Shown here in pieces: positions 57,977-64,000 of a stretch of 64,000 nt of DNA. A program made the position numbers and the translations under genes. Positions within the stretch are counted from its first letter, which is position 1. The number at the start of each line of letters is the position of its first letter. This DNA comes from Armatimonadota bacterium (lineage in GTDB: Bacteria; Armatimonadota; HRBIN16). The notes beneath the pieces were generated by a model. The model saw only the letters and a list, made by a program, of their open reading frames with translations, did no database searches and was not told the DNA's origin. The DNA lies in the NCBI GenBank assembly GCA_963677485.1, contig OY781964.1:2112001-2176000 (forward strand), in the 5' to 3' direction.

Positions 57977-60900
57977 TTACTTCCCTTTCATCAACTGTTC
58001 GATGGCTTGAGCCACCTTCTCGCGCTGCTGTTTGATCGGGTCTGGGTTGTTGGTATAGCTGGTGAGCGACTGACTGATACTCTCCGGCACCTTCAGCAAA
58101 GCCTCGTATTCGGCTCTCTTCTTGGCAGCTAGTCCGGGGCCTTTTTCGGCCAATAGATGCTTCAGAATGGTCAGATATTCGTAATCCTCCACGCCATCGC
58201 GCAGCATCTCCCAACGGATACTGGGCACAGGGTCGTCCATCACAGACTCGGACTGTATGCCAGTGGCGCTCTCCGGCGGGTAGAAGAAGCGGCCGTCGCC
58301 GGCTTTCCAGCGGAGCTTTGTTCCGGACGGAGTGCCGTAGCCGCTGACCCAGCTCATAGAATCTTGCCAGGGGTTCTGCGGCCCGTCGGGATATGCGGTG
58401 AAACTCGTCCAGTAGCTGCTCTCCCACACGAGGATGCCATCCACGCCGTTCTGCCAGCTCTGCCACAGCCAGACCCGAAGGTCGGTGCCGGGGCGGTCGA
58501 TAAACTCGGCCACGTATGGCGCGGTTGGACCGCAGCAGATGTACCAGTTGTATCGGTCACCGGCAGCCTGCCTGGCCGAGGAGAACTTGGAACTGTGCGA
58601 GTTCAGGATGGGGCACCACTGGTCGATGTAACCCACAAACGCATCGGCAGCACCCAGATTCATCGGCACCATGCGATGCAGGTTCGGGAAGTATTGCTTC
58701 AGCAGCTTCAGTTGGTCGACCACAAACTGGTAGTCCTTCTCAGCAGGCTCATCGAAGGGGTAGACGTAGCCCTTATCGAGAATGCCCAGCCGCTCCAACC
58801 GCTCAGAGGCACCCTGGCACCAGGCTGAGAACAACGCATCATGCTCGGGAGTGCCCACCGGATAACCCAGGATGTTGCCGCCCACCTGCTCGTAGAAAGT
58901 GCCGGTGCCCAGTCCAGGCACACCGAAATTGAAACTGTTGAAGTGGTATTTGGCCATCGCCAGTTTCATGGCGGACTCCCACTTCGCGGTGTCCCACTCC
59001 ACCTTCGCGCTACGTTCGGTGGGGATGGCTCCCTCGAAGCCGTCGCGCAGCACCTGCTGGCCGTGGCTGACTATGGTGAGGTCGTCGATCTGCAACTCGC
59101 CATCTTTGGTGTCCGGCAGCTCAAACCGAGGGCGCACGTAGCCAGTTCCCGCGGTGAAGGTGCTGGTATCAAGACTGTATTCGCGCCATTCGGTGCTGAC
59201 GGGCAGGCTAACGCTCTGTTCTGGCATGGGTTTCATAACCATATCCCACAGCTCTATGTGGAGCTTGGCAGGGCTGTTGCCCTTCACATTTCGATACCAG
59301 AAGCTCAGTTTGCTATTCGAGCTCTGATGGAATTCCACAGGATCAGCGTACTGAGCGGTCAGCTGCGCCTGCACGCTGAGGCACTGCTTGCCGGGATATG
59401 CGCCGACTGTGGCGAATCGGCCGCCCGGCCACTTGTGACCCATCGCAAAGCGGTATTTGAACTCCTCCATGGGTGCCGGGTTGTATGGCGAAATTCGATG
59501 GCTGGCAAACATCTTGAGATACTTGTCCATCATCTCGGCCTTCTGGGCTTCGTCTTTCAGGTTATGATACTGATATACCATTCCCGGGCTGAAGCCGAAC
59601 ATGCTGCGCACGCTGCTTTCGTCCGGCAGACTGAAGCCGTAGACCTGCACGCTGATGGGCACTTTCGCAGAATATCCATCGGCCTTCAGCTTGATCTCCG
59701 CCTTGTAGATGCCCGCCGGGGTGTCCTTTGGCGCGGTGACACAGAGCCATATCGGTAGGTTTTCGCCCGCGGGTAGGTTCAACCCAGCGGGCAGCAGCGG
59801 CAGAGGGTCGGGCCAGTTGCCCACCTGACCGATGGGGTCGGAGGCCGTTTCTACAAACAAATAGCGTACCTGACGGAGCTGCACAGCCTCTTTGGGCAAC
59901 TGCTGCCCATTGGCACCGGTGAGGGTGCCGATGCTGACATTCAGTCCGCGTAGCTCCTTCTCAGGACGCAGCACGAGCTGCACTGCCTCGCTCTCGTTAC
60001 CGGCCAGCGAGAGGCTTATTTGTGCGCTCTTGTCCGTGGGTGCCGGGCGGGTCTGGCTCACCTTCCAGCCGCTATCAGCCCACCACAAGGCCACTGTGCT
60101 ATCTGGGCTTGGCAGGCTTTTGCCGTAGGATTGAGCGTTCAAGATGGATACCGGGTAGTCGGTGCTCAATGCGGGCATCGTAGCATCACCCAAGCTGAGC
60201 GTCAAGCGGTTCATGCCGACCGGCATCGCCGGATATGCGGCTTTCAGTGTGCTGTTTTCGCCCGGTTTTATTGTGAGTTTCGTCAGACGCCTGATAATCG
60301 ATTGGCCGGTATCTGTGGTCACTGAAATAGATGGATTGAGGCTGACACTCTTCGCACCCGTGTTCTTGATATTGATCGTCGCCTGGTTATGGTCATCAAC
60401 TCCGGGCACAGGTGATATCACCAGATCCGCATGCGGATGTTGCACCGCCCAGTAGGTTGTGCTACCCACCAGCTTCGGGAAGCTCTTGTCTGTTTTGGCC
60501 TTTAATGTGTATTGCGTCAGGGCAAACCAGCCGGGTGTTGTGTTATCGCTGCTGTCGATGCTCATGCGTATGTGCAGTTTGTCAGCTGGAAGCATGGTGG
60601 GAGGGATATCGATGCTCGCACTCGTAGTATTACTTCCCACACGGCCTATATCAATGAAGTGAGTGCCGTCGACGCTGGCCTCGACTTTGAGTTTCCATGT
60701 AGTCGGTTGGTGAAACAGGCAGTCGATCGCTATCGCAGCCTGCGTAAAGCGAACGCCATCTAGCTCATGTTGGTATTCCACAAAGGAGTCTTGGTTCATG
60801 AACCAGCGGTTCTCATGGAACTGCGTGTTGTGCGCCTTGAACGCACGGTCGATGGGTGCATCCGCGCTGTAGTCTGGCTTGAACTCATACTGGTTACCCT

Positions 60901-61438
60901 CAAGGCTTTCACCGCGTCCAAGCATCACTCCTTGTTGGATGAGGTGCTGCCGAACGACGGGCAATATCTCGATATCATCGAAGTCGATGTTGCAGTTTGC
61001 TTCCCAATGACGCAGCCGGATTGAGCTTTTCACATCCGGTGTGCCTACACCAGTCACCAGCCTGAATGTGTATGGACGCCATCGGCTATCAGCTTGCACA
61101 GGGAAGATATCAGTGCTGAAGTCAGACTCGACCACAATCGAGCCTTGTCCGGTGCCTTTGGCTGGTCGGCAGCGTGCTGAAAAGCGGAGTTCATAAACTT
61201 CGTTCGCTTTAAAGCTGACGGGGTCGCTTCTCCACTCCGCCTCGGCTGGTGCCGATATGCTGACGTAGCGTGCTCCAGTGGCCCCGCCGTCTTTCAGGTA
61301 CGCGCCTGGACCGGTCAGGTGCCAGCCAGTGGGTGCTGTGCTGCCCTGCTCGAAACCGCCGTTGACCAGTGGGACGGCCTGTCCGCTTCCTGTGATTATT
61401 ATGCTCATGAGTGCAACCAATACCCCGCAAAACCGCAT
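57977..61438 (-). CDS. Secreted DUF4091/GH123-like protein with CBM-like domains
   Basis: Signal peptide; NGGFE, NE.EA.QL, DEP, W.Y.C..P, GDGR.FYP, SIRWEMLRDG.EDYEY. Confidence 0.82.
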   Translation of the reverse strand: MRFCGVLVALMSIIITGSGQAVPLVNGGFEQGSTAPTGWHLTGPGAYLKDGGATGARYVSISAPAEAEWRSDPVSFKANEVYELRFSARCRPAKGTGQGSIVVESDFSTDIFPVQADSRWRPYTFRLVTGVGTPDVKSSIRLRHWEANCNIDFDDIEILPVVRQHLIQQGVMLGRGESLEGNQYEFKPDYSADAPIDRAFKAHNTQFHENRWFMNQDSFVEYQHELDGVRFTQAAIAIDCLFHQPTTWKLKVEASVDGTHFIDIGRVGSNTTSASIDIPPTMLPADKLHIRMSIDSSDNTTPGWFALTQYTLKAKTDKSFPKLVGSTTYWAVQHPHADLVISPVPGVDDHNQATINIKNTGAKSVSLNPSISVTTDTGQSIIRRLTKLTIKPGENSTLKAAYPAMPVGMNRLTLSLGDATMPALSTDYPVSILNAQSYGKSLPSPDSTVALWWADSGWKVSQTRPAPTDKSAQISLSLAGNESEAVQLVLRPEKELRGLNVSIGTLTGANGQQLPKEAVQLRQVRYLFVETASDPIGQVGNWPDPLPLLPAGLNLPAGENLPIWLCVTAPKDTPAGIYKAEIKLKADGYSAKVPISVQVYGFSLPDESSVRSMFGFSPGMVYQYHNLKDEAQKAEMMDKYLKMFASHRISPYNPAPMEEFKYRFAMGHKWPGGRFATVGAYPGKQCLSVQAQLTAQYADPVEFHQSSNSKLSFWYRNVKGNSPAKLHIELWDMVMKPMPEQSVSLPVSTEWREYSLDTSTFTAGTGYVRPRFELPDTKDGELQIDDLTIVSHGQQVLRDGFEGAIPTERSAKVEWDTAKWESAMKLAMAKYHFNSFNFGVPGLGTGTFYEQVGGNILGYPVGTPEHDALFSAWCQGASERLERLGILDKGYVYPFDEPAEKDYQFVVDQLKLLKQYFPNLHRMVPMNLGAADAFVGYIDQWCPILNSHSSKFSSARQAAGDRYNWYICCGPTAPYVAEFIDRPGTDLRVWLWQSWQNGVDGILVWESSYWTSFTAYPDGPQNPWQDSMSWVSGYGTPSGTKLRWKAGDGRFFYPPESATGIQSESVMDDPVPSIRWEMLRDGVEDYEYLTILKHLLAEKGPGLAAKKRAEYEALLKVPESISQSLTSYTNNPDPIKQQREKVAQAIEQLMKGK

Positions 61439-61519
61439 CTGTATTCTCCTTAAGCCTAAAGGCTACAACGTTAGGTTAGTCGTGCGTTTGCATAATCCTG
61501 CATTCGGGGGGAGAGAGAT

Positions 61520-62045
61520 TCTCACGCGGAGACGCGGAGCGCGCGGAGGAGATGGGTTAATCCACAGATGACGCAGATGACACAAATTAGTAGTGAACCA
61601 CGAATGAACACCGATACACACGAATAGACACGCATGAACGCGGATGGTGGGAGTACAACGCAAAGGAATGTTGTAAATCCGTGGTTCAAACGGACCGCCC
61701 AGCGAAGTCACACACCTGTGGGCCATAGCCTCTTGGCGTTTTTGCGTTGAATCCCATCCGCATAGTCCGGTGTTCAGACAGCAAGGAACGACGAATGAAC
61801 ACCGATACACACGAATAGACACAAATGAACGCGGATGGTGGGAGTACAACGCAAAGGAATGCTGAAAATCCGTGGTTCCAACCGACCGCCCAACGAAGTC
61901 ACACACCTCTGCGCCATTGCCTCTTGGCGTCTTTGCGTTGAATCCAAACCGCATAGTCCGGTGTTCAGACAGCAAGGAACCACGAATGAACACCGATGAA
62001 CGCGGATGGCGGGAGTACAACGCAATGACGCAGAGGTGCAAAGGC
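61520..62045. repeat. 191-bp tandem repeat (about 2.3 copies) built from short-period repeats
   Basis: Unit starts at 61595, 61786 and 61977; preceded by cacgcggagacgcggag and ccacagatgacgcagat. Confidence 0.92.
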
Positions 62046-62199
62046 GGCTGCCTGTCCGTTAAGCATATAGCTTAATTTGCATACCATATGGGTAAATGTG
62101 CGCATCTTGCCTACACGGCCTTTTCGGCGCGTCAACACCGACCGTTACCGGGTAGAATAGCCTCAGTAAGTCTATTCGTACCCTTGGAGGTTGACACCT

Positions 62200-64000
62200 A
62201 TGTCTTATCTACGAGTGGCGCTGTGTCTGGCACTGGCGTTCATGATGACGGTATCCATCAACGCGGCCACTCTGCTGGCTGGCGGATCGGCCGGCTGGGA
62301 TGGCTGGCAGGCGGGCAACGGCTGGAGGCTGGGCGTGTTCACTCGCCCTGGCGACCCTTTCCCCGCTTCGCCGCACTACGAAAGTTCGGAGACAAGCACG
62401 GGCAGTCTGTTGTCACCACCCTTCACGGTCACCGGCGAGGTGCTTCGGCTTTCGCTCAACGGCTGGAGTGGCGCCCGCGGCGGAGGCTCGTGCGAGTTCC
62501 GCGTGCTGGATGACAGCGGCTTGGTCGTGGCCTCGGTGAACCCGCCGGATCAAGACGCCTTTGCGACGGTGGTGATTTCCATCGCAGAGCAGATGGGCAA
62601 GAGCATCCGGCTGGAGCTGCGCGACGACAGTCCGGGCGGGATGTTTGCCTGGGCGGGCATCGCCAAGGTGGAGATGTTGAACATGCCTAAATCCACCAAG
62701 CCCCGTAATGTGCTGCTCATCAGCCCCAAGAACGACTTTGGCATCTGGGCGATCACCAAAGACCGACTGGACCGTGCCTGCCTGAACACCCTGACCTCGG
62801 GTGAAAAAGAGAAGGGCACGCTCTGCTCTCCGAAGTTCGAGCTGAAGTCGGCGAAACTGCGAATCCAGTGGCGCGGCTGGAGCGGTCGTGACGGTAAGGA
62901 TGGCCTCTGCCGGATGGACCTGCGCGATGCGGAGAGCCGCCAGGTGCTGGCTACGCTGGCTCCGCCCTGCACCGACTCAGCCACCTGGGCAGAGATGGAC
63001 ACATCCGCGTTTGTGGGCAAGAAAGTGCAGATTTGGCTGGTAGATGACCGTTCAGACCAGGGTTTCTCATGGATCGGTGTGGACAGCATCGATGCCGGCG
63101 ACAACATGCGCGTGGAGTTCAACAACGAACGTAATGTGGTGGGATGGACTAACGCATCCGGCGGTAGCAGCAAGACAATGGTGGGCGGAGTGCCTTTCGC
63201 AGTAGCCACTGGCAGCATGTTCGCTGCGGACGGCACCAGAAAGCTTCCGATCAACCAGAAGCTGGCGGGTCTGTATCTGCTGGGCATGACCAACAACAAT
63301 GACGTGGGCGGTAATGTGTGGGAAGACCCGCGCAATGCCCAAAACCGCAACTGGGTGGGCGACCTGCTGGGCCATGTGGTGATTACCTACGCAGGTGGTA
63401 AGAGTGTTTCGTATCCCATCGTGCTGGGCGAATCCGCCTTTTGGGGCACCATGTTCACGGGTTTTCCTGACCCTTACGGCAAGGACATGGCTTTCACTAA
63501 GGCGCTGGATAACTGTCTGCGACTTTACCCCAAGGGCCCTTCTGATGTGGGACGCTACATCGCCTACATCAAAACGGAGCCCGGGAAACAGGTTGTCAGC
63601 GTGCAACTGGTTGACAACCCCAAAAAGCCTGGCTTCCCCATGGTGTTTGGCATCACCGCAGAGTTAGGTGCTGGTCAGCCGAAGCCCAAAGAGGCCATCT
63701 CCACCGCATGGGAGTTTGAACCAGGCATCAACAGCTTGCGCTCGCTTCTGCCGACCGGGGTCGAAAAGGCTCAACGCAGCAAGGCTCTGACCGCGTTGAT
63801 GGACAACCTGTATAACACCGTCGACCGCGTGAAGAATGCCACCGAGCCGATCATCCCTGCGGGGTATAACGGCCCGAAGGTGCTGTTCGAGGGCACTCCA
63901 GAGGCGAAGGTGCTGAGCGGAATCTTCCACCATAACATACAGGATATGCTGGATAAGCTGGAGCCCAACGGCTTCTATAACACCTCCACACTGAACGCAC
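62200..64000 (+). CDS. Large secreted protein, partial (runs off the window)
   Basis: Not in the ORF track because there is no stop. GGAGG RBS, ATG 62200, signal peptide MSYLRVALCLALAFMMTVSINA, and two tandem G.L.SP.F...GWSG...W.G. modules. Confidence 0.8.
   Translation, partial: MSYLRVALCLALAFMMTVSINAATLLAGGSAGWDGWQAGNGWRLGVFTRPGDPFPASPHYESSETSTGSLLSPPFTVTGEVLRLSLNGWSGARGGGSCEFRVLDDSGLVVASVNPPDQDAFATVVISIAEQMGKSIRLELRDDSPGGMFAWAGIAKVEMLNMPKSTKPRNVLLISPKNDFGIWAITKDRLDRACLNTLTSGEKEKGTLCSPKFELKSAKLRIQWRGWSGRDGKDGLCRMDLRDAESRQVLATLAPPCTDSATWAEMDTSAFVGKKVQIWLVDDRSDQGFSWIGVDSIDAGDNMRVEFNNERNVVGWTNASGGSSKTMVGGVPFAVATGSMFAADGTRKLPINQKLAGLYLLGMTNNNDVGGNVWEDPRNAQNRNWVGDLLGHVVITYAGGKSVSYPIVLGESAFWGTMFTGFPDPYGKDMAFTKALDNCLRLYPKGPSDVGRYIAYIKTEPGKQVVSVQLVDNPKKPGFPMVFGITAELGAGQPKPKEAISTAWEFEPGINSLRSLLPTGVEKAQRSKALTALMDNLYNTVDRVKNATEPIIPAGYNGPKVLFEGTPEAKVLSGIFHHNIQDMLDKLEPNGFYNTSTLNA

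Overview
This is 64 kb of a GC-rich bacterial chromosome. The gene set (DciA/DUF721, a SigH-type sigma factor, many glycoside hydrolases, a URO-D-family protein) suggests an Armatimonadota-like polysaccharide degrader, but that assignment is inference only. The window holds housekeeping genes (recF, lepA, leuS, queA, trmH-type, pit/DUF47), about 10 glycoside-hydrolase-like genes, a Wzx/Wzy-type polysaccharide cluster and a vapBC pair. The most striking content is non-coding. (1) A complete IS110/IS621-type element (53500-55313, minus strand) carries a bridge RNA whose guides can be read from the sequence. They match both element junctions and show insertion into a GTAGGGGCG-type REP palindrome. 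Joining the ends creates a TTGACA-N17-TACGCT promoter, and the element carries about 500 nt of unexplained, structured 3' sequence. (2) A REP-associated tyrosine transposase (RAYT) sits between two tandem arrays of ~150-bp doubly palindromic REPIN units, which also occur as dispersed copies. (3) About 16 intergenic mosaics are built from at least six repeat families, including 8-10-nt periodic repeats arranged as inverted pairs. The families join in recurring combinations, and accessory genes lie between or beside the repeats. No rRNA, tRNA or CRISPR array was seen. All calls come from reading the sequence by eye; no database searches were run.
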